A DNA stretch of 64,000 bases from Candidatus Methanoperedens sp. (lineage in GTDB: Archaea > Halobacteriota > Methanosarcinia > Methanosarcinales > Methanoperedenaceae), in contig JAQUNZ010000002.1 in the NCBI GenBank assembly GCA_028717345.1, positions 7,521 to 71,520 of the forward strand, written 5' to 3'. A model generated the notes under the pieces. It was not told the origin of the DNA. It did no database searches and was given only the letters and a program-made list of their open reading frames with translations. Made by a program: the position numbers and the translations under genes. Of this stretch, positions 1 to 9,426 are shown one piece after another. Every line of letters begins with the position of its first letter. Position 1 is the first letter of the stretch.

Positions 1-272
1 ATCCCGGATTTGCTAAAATAGCGGAAGAAGAAGGGTTTCCGAAGGTGGCGGAATCGTTTACCGAGGTAGGTGAGGTAGAGCAGTTCCATGAGAGGCGATA
101 CAGGGCTTTGTTAAAGAACGTGAAAGAAGGCTCTGTGTTCAAAAAGAAAACCAGCATAAAATGGCACTGCAGGAACTGCGGCTATATCCATGAAGGAACA
201 GAAGCGCCAAAAACATGCCCTGCGTGCCAGCACGCGCAATCCTATTTCGAGGCGCTTGCAGAGAACTGGTAG
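1..272 (+). CDS. Rubrerythrin, C-terminal part (5' end lies outside the window)
   Basis: The frame is open from the window edge. The translation ends ...[10 protein letters not shown]...[37 protein letters not shown], which is a ferritin-like helix followed by a CxxC...CxxC rubredoxin-like domain typical of rubrerythrin. Confidence 0.85.
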   Translation, partial: PGFAKIAEEEGFPKVAESFTEVGEVEQFHERRYRALLKNVKEGSVFKKKTSIKWHCRNCGYIHEGTEAPKTCPACQHAQSYFEALAENW

Positions 273-273
273 C

Positions 274-690
274 ATGGGTTTTGACTGTGACATCAAAATA
301 TGCAGATCTCTGTGCTGCAGGAACTGCGCGGTTGTGACAGAGGATGAGGCAATTGCGCTCATAGGAAAGGTCAAAAAAGAATATGGGCTTGACCTTGAAT
401 TGAAGAAGTATTTCAGGAAGGCGCAGGGTGAGCATGGGCACTACTTTGCGGTAAAAATGATAAAAGGGCAATGCATCTTTCTTGATAAGGAAAAAAGATG
501 CCGCATATACAGGTGCCGCCCGAAACTTTGTGAGCTTTATCCTGTGGTCGATATAGATGTGGTCGATGCTCGCTGCCCGGATGTCATGAAAAACAGGTTC
601 TCACAGGATATGCTGGAAACTCTAAAGAAGCGCTACGCTATTGAGGTCGATGAGAGGATAAGAAAAGAACAGATATTCTGTTTTGTATGA
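274..690 (+). CDS. YkgJ/UPF0153-type Cys-cluster (putative Fe-S/Zn) protein
   Basis: An ATG lies two nt after the rubrerythrin stop. The protein is Cys-rich (CRSLCCRNC ... CIFLDKEKRCRIYRCRPKLCELYP), resembling the CxxCxxCC family. I trimmed the 190..273 extension in the ORF track because it overlaps the upstream gene. Confidence 0.6.
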   Translation: MGFDCDIKICRSLCCRNCAVVTEDEAIALIGKVKKEYGLDLELKKYFRKAQGEHGHYFAVKMIKGQCIFLDKEKRCRIYRCRPKLCELYPVVDIDVVDARCPDVMKNRFSQDMLETLKKRYAIEVDERIRKEQIFCFV

Positions 691-733
691 ACAAATCATA
701 ATCCTTTTTAACTTCCACATCCAATCAAATTCC

Positions 734-1690
734 ATGATCCTTGGCATTGACATCGGCGGCGCGAACACCAGGATAGCATCCTCTGATGGAAAGCTTGTTG
801 AGCTTCATTACCTGCCCCTGTGGAAAAACTCCCGTCTTCCTGAAGCGCTTCTTGATATCTCGGCGCGCCTTGTACCTGAAAAAGTGGGAGTGGTGATAAC
901 AGGGGAGCTTGCAGATTGTTTTCCAGATAAGGAGGCGGGGCTGTCTTACATCATCGATGCTGTGAACAATGCATTCGGTGAGGTATGGTTCCTCGACAGC
1001 AGTGGCGCGTTCACAAAAGAGAAAAAACGCAGCATTGCGGCGGCGAACTGGATGGCATCCGCGCTCATTGTGGGAAGGGACTTCGGGGACTGTATATTCG
1101 TAGATACAGGTTCGACCACAACAGATATCATCCCGATAAAGAAAGGAAAGCCTCTTGCCGCCGTAACGGATTTTGAACGCCTGCGAAGGAGCGAGCTTGT
1201 CTATTCGGGCGCGCTTCGCACCAACATCGCGGTTCTCCTCGATAATGTTGATGTTAGCGGCGCAAGTTCTCGCACCTCATCCGAACTTTTTGCCATAACC
1301 GCGGATGCATACCTTGTTCTAGGAAAGATATCACAGGGTGATTACACCTGCGATACGCCAGACGGGGCTGGAAAAACAGTACTTGAGGCAAGGCGGCGGC
1401 TTGCGCGTGTGGTGTGCGCTGACCTGACTGAGATAAAAGAGGAGGATATCGTTTCGATAGCGCACCAGGTAATGGAAAAGCAGGTAATGGATATTGCGGA
1501 CGCGATAAATGAAGTTGCGAAGAGCCATGAACTGAAAAAGATAGTTGCGTGCGGTCTGGGGGAGTTCCTGGTCAAAGAGGCGGTGGATGAGCATGGATTT
1601 GACATTATCCTGATGTCAGAAAGATATGGAAAAGAACTCTCAAAGGTATTTCCTGCTTATGCAGTTGCGCGGCTGGTAGGGGAGATGTAA
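734..1690 (+). CDS. Hydantoinase/oxoprolinase-like ASKHA protein (H4MPT-linked C1 transfer pathway protein type)
   Basis: It begins MILGIDIGGANTRIAS (an ASKHA phosphate-1 motif) and contains FVDTGSTTTDIIP. The ~320-aa length fits the archaeal and methylotroph H4MPT-associated family. The start was chosen at the conserved MILGID. Confidence 0.6.
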   Translation: MILGIDIGGANTRIASSDGKLVELHYLPLWKNSRLPEALLDISARLVPEKVGVVITGELADCFPDKEAGLSYIIDAVNNAFGEVWFLDSSGAFTKEKKRSIAAANWMASALIVGRDFGDCIFVDTGSTTTDIIPIKKGKPLAAVTDFERLRRSELVYSGALRTNIAVLLDNVDVSGASSRTSSELFAITADAYLVLGKISQGDYTCDTPDGAGKTVLEARRRLARVVCADLTEIKEEDIVSIAHQVMEKQVMDIADAINEVAKSHELKKIVACGLGEFLVKEAVDEHGFDIILMSERYGKELSKVFPAYAVARLVGEM

Positions 1691-1955
1691 TTATAAAACT
1701 GCTAAGCTATCACAAAAAGTCTATATATTATAAAACTAAAAGTGAGAGTGACCTTTGTAGTAAAGATACCACCACTCCCCAACCCACCTATTTTTCTCTC
1801 TTTGCTGCAAAGGTCTTACCGTCTCTATATATAAATTACTTTTCCCGAACTTTACCCAAACGCATAAAGCAAATTTGAAACTATTAACAATCTTTTATCT
1901 CGTCTCCAATACCTTAATTACTCCCCCTTACCATTACACTTTGAGAGTGAACATA

Positions 1956-3005
1956 ATGACCGACATGAAAACCCTGTTAGAACGATTATCCAATGCCCAC
2001 GGCGTTTCAGGTTACGAAGGGAACGTCAGGCAGATGATTGAGGAAGAAGTAAAACCATACGTTGACGAGATCAAAACTGACCGGATGGGAAATCTGATCG
2101 CTACAAAGAATGGCGGCTCGCCCACGGTCATGCTCGCGGCGCATATGGATGAGATCGGTCTCATGGTAAAATACGTGGACGATAAAGGCTTTGCGCGGTT
2201 CACGAAAACCGGCGGATGGTTCGACCAGACGCTGCTTAACCAGAGGATGGTACTGCATACTGAGAACGGGCAGATTTACGGAGTCCTTGGCTCAAAGCCT
2301 CCTCATGCCATGAAAGAGGAGGACAAGAACAAGGTAATAAAAGCAGATGATATGTTCATTGATTTTGGCGCAGCGAGCAAGGAAGATGCAGATAAGATAG
2401 GTGTGAAAGCCGGAACGCCTGTCACTTCTGACATCGATTTCAAGCCGCTTGGCAATGACAGGGTTACAGGGAAAGCCTTTGATAACCGCGCCGGATGCGT
2501 GATGCTCATAGAAGCGATTCGGCAGATGAAAGATGTAAAAGCCACAGTACATGCTGTATTCACGGTACAGGAAGAGGTCGGGTTAAAGGGCGCAAAGACA
2601 AGTGCTTTCAGGCTGAACCCCGATGTTGCGCTGGCTACCGATGTCACAATAACTGGCGACCATCCGGGGATAGATAAGAAGGATTCTGCCATCGAAATGG
2701 GAAAAGGACCATCCGTAACTGTGAGCGACGCAGACGGCAGGGGTATCATCGTCCCGGAACCTGTATTGAACTGGCTCAAGGAGGCAGCCGGAGCCAATAA
2801 CATCCCATACCAGCTTGAAGTGGGAAGCGGCGGCACAACCGATGCATCTGCGATACATCTCACGAAAGAAGGTATTCCCACAGGCGTTATCAGCATGCCT
2901 ACCCGCTATATCCATACGCCAGTATCAGTGCTGTGCATGTCAGACCTTGAGAAGAGCGCAGAGTTGATCGCAAGGGCGGTGGAGATAGTGGACAGGTTTT
3001 TCTAA
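1956..3005 (+). CDS. M42 family metallopeptidase (TET/FrvX-type aminopeptidase)
   Basis: Motifs LSNAHGVSGYEG, AAHMDEIGLMV, GKAFDNRAG, VQEEVGLKGA and RYIHTP are characteristic of M42 peptidases. The start was moved to MTDMK. Confidence 0.85.
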   Translation: MTDMKTLLERLSNAHGVSGYEGNVRQMIEEEVKPYVDEIKTDRMGNLIATKNGGSPTVMLAAHMDEIGLMVKYVDDKGFARFTKTGGWFDQTLLNQRMVLHTENGQIYGVLGSKPPHAMKEEDKNKVIKADDMFIDFGAASKEDADKIGVKAGTPVTSDIDFKPLGNDRVTGKAFDNRAGCVMLIEAIRQMKDVKATVHAVFTVQEEVGLKGAKTSAFRLNPDVALATDVTITGDHPGIDKKDSAIEMGKGPSVTVSDADGRGIIVPEPVLNWLKEAAGANNIPYQLEVGSGGTTDASAIHLTKEGIPTGVISMPTRYIHTPVSVLCMSDLEKSAELIARAVEIVDRFF

Positions 3006-3075
3006 CAGCAGTAATGCTTACGTTCCTGAATAATAAAATATTTTAAATCCTGAACCCACATTCATGAATATGGGT

Positions 3076-3504
3076 TCAGAAATCATCCCTAAAACGATGA
3101 CAGATGGATAGAATATCTATCCTCGTTATACCTTCCACGTTATCAAAGTGCCCATCATCAGTAACGATATCCTGTATATCGTGCTTCACCATGGTCACAT
3201 AATGTATTGCATCGCCCATCTTCCAGCCCTTATTCACCATTGGCAGAGCTTCCAGGAAAATCTCAGGTTCAAAGGGCAGCAAAGCCACACCATGCTGGTT
3301 TATGTCTTTCAATATTCCTGCGATCTTCTGTTCTGAGAGCTTTTTCCCTTTGAGGAAGGCATATATCTCTATCATCGTATGGACAGAGGTTGAAGCGGCT
3401 TCTTTTCCCGCGGCAACGGATTCAAGGTACTTTTTTGCCGTTTCACCCAATCGATTATCGCCAATAAGGTTCGCGATGAATATATGGGCATCTACGTATC
3501 TCAT
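3076..3504 (-). CDS. vapC: PIN-domain toxin (VapC-like)
   Basis: 142 aa. The acidic PIN residues are visible (YVDAHIF, MIEIY, GDAIHY, TDDGHFD). The gene overlaps the upstream antitoxin gene by 4 nt. Confidence 0.8.
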   Translation of the reverse strand: MRYVDAHIFIANLIGDNRLGETAKKYLESVAAGKEAASTSVHTMIEIYAFLKGKKLSEQKIAGILKDINQHGVALLPFEPEIFLEALPMVNKGWKMGDAIHYVTMVKHDIQDIVTDDGHFDNVEGITRIDILSICHRFRDDF

Positions 3505-3737
3505 TCTTCTCCCATAGCTCTGTATCCTTCCTCTATGCCCTCATCTATCGTCCCTTTATGCCTGATTATGCCATGAACCCTTCTTACCGATGCGGCGCTC
3601 CCGCGGTGGGGATAAATCACAGCCCTGCCCTTCTCGATAACGAATTCCACGGTCTCGCCTATCTTTATCCCAAGGGCCCTGCGCACGTCTTTCGGGATAA
3701 CTACGAGATATTTCTCATGGACTTTTACTTCGGTCAT
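3501..3737 (-). CDS. vapB: AbrB/SpoVT-type antitoxin (VapB-like)
   Basis: 78 aa. It contains KYLVVIPKDVRRALGIKIGETVEF, a swapped-hairpin AbrB/MazE-type motif. It is translationally coupled to the PIN gene. Confidence 0.75.
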   Translation of the reverse strand: MTEVKVHEKYLVVIPKDVRRALGIKIGETVEFVIEKGRAVIYPHRGSAASVRRVHGIIRHKGTIDEGIEEGYRAMGEE

Positions 3738-4057
3738 GGTTATACGTATAACGTTATACGATAAATAATTAATCTTGAGACTGAAAACGGATTTTTGCTC
3801 CGGAAGACCTGATCTGATAAGAAGTATGAATGCTTTAGGAGGAAGCGGGGTGGCTGAAGACGGTGGGTGTTGCGTGCCTCCATTAGAACGTCTTTAGCCA
3901 GAATAACAATCGTGGAAGTAAATTTGGGCACGGATTTCTCAAATGCTCTGGCAGATAATATTCAGTTGATGCGGTGGTTCTTTTTGTAATCCTTTTTCAG
4001 TGATATCTGATTAAATTACATAAATCTGCTAATACAATTTATCAAACGAAACTATTT

Positions 4058-4084
4058 TATAGTAATTTGTAGTAAAGTACTATA
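4058..4084. promoter_or_regulatory. Inverted repeat TATAGTA-N13-TACTATA about 30 nt upstream of the small RHH gene (candidate operator or TATA region)
   Basis: The 7-bp arms (4058-4064 and 4078-4084) are perfect when read directly. The context is AT-rich, so a chance match is possible. Confidence 0.25.
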
Positions 4085-4115
4085 AAGTATTTATAATGCC
4101 TCAAAATGGTATAAA

Positions 4116-4283
4116 ATGCCCCAAGTTACTATAAAATTAGACGAAACAGAAGAAAAGATTGTAAACGTTTTAAAGACTTTGAAAGGCTATAAGAGCAAAG
4201 AGAAGGCAATTAAGAATATAATAAACGAGTATGGTAATCGAATAGAAATTAAAGAAATAATAGAGAAAATGAAGGGGAAATAA
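4116..4283 (+). CDS. 55-aa ribbon-helix-helix-like protein (DUF2683-like pattern); candidate controller or antitoxin-type regulator of the downstream R-M genes
   Basis: The ORF is below the track cutoff and I translated it by hand: MPQVTIKLDETEEKIVNVLKTLKGYKSKEKAIKNIINEYGNRIEIKEIIEKMKGK. The pattern is a beta-strand followed by two helices. It ends 14 nt upstream of the methyltransferase start and has the same AT-rich composition. Confidence 0.5.
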   Translation: MPQVTIKLDETEEKIVNVLKTLKGYKSKEKAIKNIINEYGNRIEIKEIIEKMKGK

Positions 4284-4297
4284 ATCGGTGAAAAAAG

Positions 4298-7150
4298 ATG
4301 GATGTATTAAAAGAACTTAATTTCCAGCCATCAGATTTCTTACCAAAAAACAATATTCTAGAATACGCTTCAAATTTAGGCTCTTTATATTTCATCAAAA
4401 TGGAGAGGGATGCCAAGCTAGATGAACAGTTTTATGATATACATAGAGATATCTGGAATGAAAATAGATCTGAAATTTTCATTGCAATAATTGATGAAAA
4501 TGAGATAATTATTTGTGATTCAAAAATTCGCCCAGAGCGAGAGAATCCGATAGATAACGTTAAATTGACATCATTCGATTACGGTGAAAATACAGTAGAA
4601 GCGAAGAAATATATAGAGATTCTAAAAAGAGAAAACATAGATAACGGTTCTTTCTGGGAAGAAATATCAAAATTTATACGAGAAAGAAAAAAGAAAAGAT
4701 CCCCTATTGATGATGACCTGTTAAAGAATTTAATAAAAATAAGAAAAACATTACAGGAAATCTTTAAAGATGATATAAATGATATCCCTCAGAAATTAAT
4801 TGACAGATGCCTTTTTATTCGATTTATTGAAGATCGATTGGGATTTAATAAGTTAAAACGAACTCTCAAAGAACAAAATGTTGATCAATTATTAAATCTA
4901 TTTAAATATTACAATGGAGCATTAAATGGAGACTTATTCGAAGATGACGGCATACTTGTTATTAATCCTATTGTATTGAAACAACTTGAATGGGTCTTCG
5001 GGGAATATTATGTTTATTCTAATAGGCAACAGACACTCATACCTTATAAATTTGATAAAATTCCGATATTGCTTATTAGCCATATCTATCAAAAATTCCT
5101 TAAGAAAGACAAAATAGATAAAGAAGGCATCGTATTTACTCCTGAAAACATTGTTGATTTTATTGTTGAGGATGTTTTCGAGTATGAAAATGTGCGTAAT
5201 AAAGCTCGAAATGGGAAAATAAAGATTTTAGATAGCGCATGTGGTTCAGGCATTTTTTTAGTCAAGTCTTTTGAAAAATTATTAACTGAAAGAGAACAAA
5301 ACAAGAGACCATTAGATCTTAAAGAGAAGGGTGAATTACTCAAAGAATGTATTTATGGAATAGATTTAGATCCAAATGCTTTACGGGTAGCTGCTTTTAG
5401 TTTATATCTAAAAATATTTGAGAATTTGGATCCAAAAATCATAAAAGAAGAAGTATTTAATCGATATGAAAATGGTCTTGAACATTTTATGTTCCCTGGA
5501 TTAAGAGGAAAAAATCTAATAAATGCTAATTCAATTTTTGATGATGTATTCAGCGAAAAATTTGACTTAATTTTGGGCAATCCACCGTGGGGCTTCAAAT
5601 TTGAAAATGCTGACAAACAAAAAATTGACGCTAAGTGGGGAGATAGCGTTTCACAATACCAAAGTTCACAGTGCTTTTTGCATCAAACCCAAGTTTGGAT
5701 GAAGGAAGATACTATCGTTGGTATGGTGGTAAATATTTCAAATTTCACTAATTTCAGGGCTCGGGAATTTAGAGCCAAATTACTGACAACTTATTCTATT
5801 TTAGAATTCATAACTTTGACAAAAATTAAGGAAATTACTTTTGAAGAGAGCGATGAACCCGCATGCGTCTTAATTTTTACCGTGAAAAAGCCAGAATCAT
5901 ATGTGAAATTTTTAATTCCAGAATTAACGCAATTTTCAAAATTAACAGGAATAATAACAATCAGGGATAACGATATAATCGAACTCCAACAGGAAAAGTT
6001 AAAAGATGATATTTATTGGCATATTTGTTTATTAGGATTAAATAAATATTTGAATCTAATAAAAAAAATTGAGCAAAATGCTTTGCCCCTAGAAAAATAT
6101 TGCATAATAAAAGAAGGTTCTCACCTTTATTCGACAATCAAAAATGTGAATATAGAGGACGCAAAAAGAAAATATGAAAGTAAAGAAAAGCTTGGGTCAG
6201 ATTATTACCCAAGAGTCCGTTCAATTAAAACTGTTCAACCGTTTTTGTTTAAATTAGTGGATCTTGTGTTCATAAAACATGGCCCGCATCTGCATAGGCC
6301 TAAAAGTATCAAATTGTTTCAAGGGGATAAATTAATAATAACTAGAAGTTGGCCTTTAAAAGTAGCTCTTGTTGGGGAAACAATAATCTTTGATAATAAT
6401 TTTGATATTCTTAAGTTAAGGGAGAAGGTATCTAAAAGTTATTTGTATGTATTTGAGGGCATATTGAACTCTAAGTTAGGTTTTTTTTACTTGGATTCAT
6501 TATATCGACAGCGTCCAGAAGGAAATTTCTCTAAAGTAAACATAGGCTCACTTAATAAATTTCTTATACCTAATCTTGAAGAAAAAGGAAATTTAATAGA
6601 AGATATCGTCAAAAATATTGAAAACATAAGAAATGGAAAGAATATTGAAAATAATAGAGCACAGATCGATAATTTGGTTTTTGATTTATATGAACTTGAT
6701 TATTATGAAAAAATGCAAGTATTAGACTATTATAAACTTCAAACTATAGGTAGGAAAAGTTTAGTTTTAACAGAAGAAGATTTTGATGAGTATATAGACG
6801 AGTTCAAAGATTCTTTTAGTTTTCTGATTAAAGAAGGGCACACGCTAAACGCAGAATGTTACACGTCTGATTTTTTGGGGGCTTTAATTAAATTTAATTT
6901 CTCTACCGAAGAAAAGAAGACGCAATATAATCTTTCTAAAAGTTTAAAAAAGCTTATAGGCATCATTCATAAGGATAAATTAAATAAGATTGATTATAAA
7001 TCTGTGCTTGAAGAAAATAAATTAAGGTTTTATAATAAAAATAGCCTTATTATTTATAAAAGCAATCATTTAAGGGATTGGACAAGAACCGAAGCTATAA
7101 ATGATGTTAAAAAAGAAATTGAAATGATTTATGGCAACCTATCCGACTGA
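4298..7150 (+). CDS. Type IIG-like (Eco57I/MmeI-class architecture) N6-adenine DNA methyltransferase with a long C-terminal specificity region
   Basis: 950 aa. Features seen: a helical-domain motif RCLFIRFIEDRLG, FTPENIVDFIV, motif I ILDSACGSGIFL, IYGIDLDPNALRVAAFSL and motif IV LILGNPPWG. About 500 aa follow the catalytic domain. The N-terminus has a possible D66-x7-D74-S-K76 nuclease-like pattern (IFIAIIDENEIIICDSK). Confidence 0.8.
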   Translation: MDVLKELNFQPSDFLPKNNILEYASNLGSLYFIKMERDAKLDEQFYDIHRDIWNENRSEIFIAIIDENEIIICDSKIRPERENPIDNVKLTSFDYGENTVEAKKYIEILKRENIDNGSFWEEISKFIRERKKKRSPIDDDLLKNLIKIRKTLQEIFKDDINDIPQKLIDRCLFIRFIEDRLGFNKLKRTLKEQNVDQLLNLFKYYNGALNGDLFEDDGILVINPIVLKQLEWVFGEYYVYSNRQQTLIPYKFDKIPILLISHIYQKFLKKDKIDKEGIVFTPENIVDFIVEDVFEYENVRNKARNGKIKILDSACGSGIFLVKSFEKLLTEREQNKRPLDLKEKGELLKECIYGIDLDPNALRVAAFSLYLKIFENLDPKIIKEEVFNRYENGLEHFMFPGLRGKNLINANSIFDDVFSEKFDLILGNPPWGFKFENADKQKIDAKWGDSVSQYQSSQCFLHQTQVWMKEDTIVGMVVNISNFTNFRAREFRAKLLTTYSILEFITLTKIKEITFEESDEPACVLIFTVKKPESYVKFLIPELTQFSKLTGIITIRDNDIIELQQEKLKDDIYWHICLLGLNKYLNLIKKIEQNALPLEKYCIIKEGSHLYSTIKNVNIEDAKRKYESKEKLGSDYYPRVRSIKTVQPFLFKLVDLVFIKHGPHLHRPKSIKLFQGDKLIITRSWPLKVALVGETIIFDNNFDILKLREKVSKSYLYVFEGILNSKLGFFYLDSLYRQRPEGNFSKVNIGSLNKFLIPNLEEKGNLIEDIVKNIENIRNGKNIENNRAQIDNLVFDLYELDYYEKMQVLDYYKLQTIGRKSLVLTEEDFDEYIDEFKDSFSFLIKEGHTLNAECYTSDFLGALIKFNFSTEEKKTQYNLSKSLKKLIGIIHKDKLNKIDYKSVLEENKLRFYNKNSLIIYKSNHLRDWTRTEAINDVKKEIEMIYGNLSD

Positions 7151-7161
7151 GGCATATCGAT

Positions 7162-7761
7162 ATGGTTAATCTTGAATATTTTTCAAATTTTAATGTTGAC
7201 AATAAACCAGAATTCATAAAAAGATTTATCTTCAATCCATTGTTCGAGGCATATAATCACTTAAAGTTGATAGAAGTAATTAAAAACAGTGATGAAGTTA
7301 AAATCAATAGGGAGATGTATAAATACATCCGAGATTTTTCATCCATTTCAAAAGAAGTCCAAAAACATATAATTTCTGTAAATTATAAACCAAAAGAGGT
7401 GGTGGGCGATGAAGAACACGAGCCGGATTTACAATTTGCTCTACCTAACTGTTTTAACATTTTTTTTGAAGCAAAAAGAATGTACAGACCTGATTCGTAT
7501 TCCAAATATTGTGGAGAAAGTGGCTTGGGTCGGTTTTTATCAGGTTATTATTCTTCCAAAGACATCGATGGTGGTATGATAGCCTATGTTCAAATAGGCA
7601 ATATATTAGAAGCCCAAGAGAAAATAATTGGAATGGTTCAGAAAATAGATTTCATAAGTCTAAACAGAAATATCGGGATTAATTCTACGTTCTTATCTGT
7701 TCATAAAAGATTATCAAACAATAATATAAAAATCTATCATATATTCTTTGATTTAACTTAA
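7162..7761 (+). CDS. Small PD-(D/E)xK-motif protein; candidate restriction endonuclease or effector partner
   Basis: 199 aa, starting 11 nt after the methyltransferase. The motif is ...EHEPDLQFALPNCFNIFFEAKRM..., i.e. P88-D89 ... E103-A-K105. I recognise no other family. Confidence 0.5.
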   Translation: MVNLEYFSNFNVDNKPEFIKRFIFNPLFEAYNHLKLIEVIKNSDEVKINREMYKYIRDFSSISKEVQKHIISVNYKPKEVVGDEEHEPDLQFALPNCFNIFFEAKRMYRPDSYSKYCGESGLGRFLSGYYSSKDIDGGMIAYVQIGNILEAQEKIIGMVQKIDFISLNRNIGINSTFLSVHKRLSNNNIKIYHIFFDLT

Positions 7762-7904
7762 TATTAAGTATTTGAATCTTTTTAGAGCGCCGAGTTGATA
7801 ACCAGGGCCGCGGATTATAGTAGATAGGTTTTTCTAATGGTACCCCTATTTAAGAGGCTTACCGGTGATACAAATGAACAGAAGGAATCGTTTTATTTGA
7901 CCGC

Positions 7905-9383
7905 ATGAAAATACTTGACACGACTTTGAGAGACGGCGAACAGACACCCGGTGTCTCGCTGACCACTGAAAGCAAACTTTTGATAGCAAAGAAAATTGAC
8001 AGCCTCGGAGTGGATATAATCGAAGCGGGCTCTGCAATCACATCAGAGGGTGAGCGCGTCTCGATCAAGAAAATAGCGAATGAAGGGTTGAATGCAGAGA
8101 TATGTTCCTACTGCCGCATTAAGAAAGAAGACATAGATGCAGCTCTTGGCTGTGATGTTGATTCTATCCACCTTGTAGTACCTGTCTCAGACCTGCACAT
8201 CAGGGAAAAACTGAAAAAAGACCGTGAGACAGTGCGGCAGATGGCGGTTGAGATGACAGAATACGCGAAATCACACGGATTGATCGTGGAACTGAGCGGA
8301 GAGGACGCCTCGCGTGCCGAGCTTGATTACCTGAAAACGGTCTATAATGCAGGGATAGATGCAGGCGCTGACAGGCTATGCTTCTGCGATACAGTAGGGA
8401 TACTGACTCCAGAGAGGTCTTACGATATTTTCAGCGATCTTTCGCAGCTTCGAGCACCCATAAGCGTGCACTGCCACAACGATTTCGGGATGGCAACAGC
8501 CAATACCGTAGCAGCGCTTCGGGCTGGCGCGCAGCAGGCGCATGTCACCATAAATGGCATCGGAGAGCGTGCAGGGAACACATCGCTTGAGGAAGTCGTG
8601 ATGGTCTTATATTCATTATACAAAATCAAGACAAATATCGACCTGAAAGGGCTGTACACCACATCGCGCCTGGTAAGCAGGCTAAGCGGCATACCGGTCG
8701 CACCGAACAAAGCCATAGTTGGCGGCAACGCTTTCACTCATGAGGCAGGCATTCACGTTCACGGGCTCCTTGCAAACACATCAACATATGAGCCCATCAC
8801 GCCTGAACTTGTGGGACGGGAGCGGCGTATCGTATTGGGTAAACACGCAGGCAGGAGTTCTGTGGTTCTTGCGCTGAAAGAATTTGGGATATCTGCTACT
8901 GAAAAGCAGATCGATGACATAGTGGGCAGGATGAAAGAACTGGGCGATAAAGGCAAACGTGTCACTGATGCAGACCTGCAGACGATCGCTGAAACCGTGC
9001 TTGGTATTTACCAGGAAGCAAAGGTGAAGCTTGAGGAACTCACAGTAGTTGCAGGCAATACCGTGATGCCAACCGCGTCTATCAGGCTCAGGGTCAATGG
9101 GAATCACGTTGTAGAGGCAGGCGTAGGTACTGGACCTGTTGATGCAGCCATCAACGCGCTGAATAAAGCCGTCGCAGGCGTGGCAGACATCCACCTTGAT
9201 GAATATCACGTTGATGCGATAACAGGAGGCACTGACGCTCTCGTGGAAGTATGGGTGAAGCTTAGCAAAGGTGGAAAGACCATTACTGCGCGCGGCGCAC
9301 GGACAGATATCATTATGGCTTCAGTCGAGGCTGTACTTGAGGGCATAAACAGGCTGATACAGCAGGAACAGAAGAAAAGTTAG
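7905..9383 (+). CDS. 2-isopropylmalate synthase / (R)-citramalate synthase family (LeuA/CimA)
   Basis: Motifs [30 protein letters not shown] and HEAGIHVHG are present, with a C-terminal LeuA-dimer-type regulatory region. The 492-aa length is typical of archaeal CimA. It lies upstream of ilvBN. Confidence 0.9.
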   Translation: MKILDTTLRDGEQTPGVSLTTESKLLIAKKIDSLGVDIIEAGSAITSEGERVSIKKIANEGLNAEICSYCRIKKEDIDAALGCDVDSIHLVVPVSDLHIREKLKKDRETVRQMAVEMTEYAKSHGLIVELSGEDASRAELDYLKTVYNAGIDAGADRLCFCDTVGILTPERSYDIFSDLSQLRAPISVHCHNDFGMATANTVAALRAGAQQAHVTINGIGERAGNTSLEEVVMVLYSLYKIKTNIDLKGLYTTSRLVSRLSGIPVAPNKAIVGGNAFTHEAGIHVHGLLANTSTYEPITPELVGRERRIVLGKHAGRSSVVLALKEFGISATEKQIDDIVGRMKELGDKGKRVTDADLQTIAETVLGIYQEAKVKLEELTVVAGNTVMPTASIRLRVNGNHVVEAGVGTGPVDAAINALNKAVAGVADIHLDEYHVDAITGGTDALVEVWVKLSKGGKTITARGARTDIIMASVEAVLEGINRLIQQEQKKS

Positions 9384-9426
9384 GAAATATTTATAAAACA
9401 TTAATCTGTGTTAATGGTGAACTAAA

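Noticed and set aside
190-273. The 5' extension of the Cys-cluster ORF given in the track (start 190).
   Set aside because: It overlaps the rubrerythrin C-terminus in another frame. A clean ATG at 274 follows the upstream stop directly.
3790-3960. GGAGG...CCTCC-containing sequence and the 63-aa minus-strand ORF (3740-3931) between vapB and the R-M islet, as a possible sRNA or gene.
   Set aside because: The ORF has no motif and an odd composition. The complementarity is short. There is nothing to support a call.
4298-4540. Calling the methyltransferase N-terminus a definite fused PD-ExK endonuclease, which would make it a complete type IIG R-M enzyme.
   Set aside because: Only a loose D-x7-D-S-K pattern in an Ile-rich, low-complexity stretch supports this. 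I kept it as a hypothesis inside the finding rather than as a feature.
7780-7830. A GC-rich patch (GAGCGCCGAGTTGATAACCAGGGCCGCGGATT) at the right edge of the AT-rich R-M islet. It could be a tRNA 3' fragment or att site. A 7-nt match (AGTTGAT) also occurs at the left edge, around 3965.
   Set aside because: It cannot be folded into a T-arm/acceptor stem. The shared 7-mer is too short to be meaningful. No integrase or transposase gene lies in or beside the islet.
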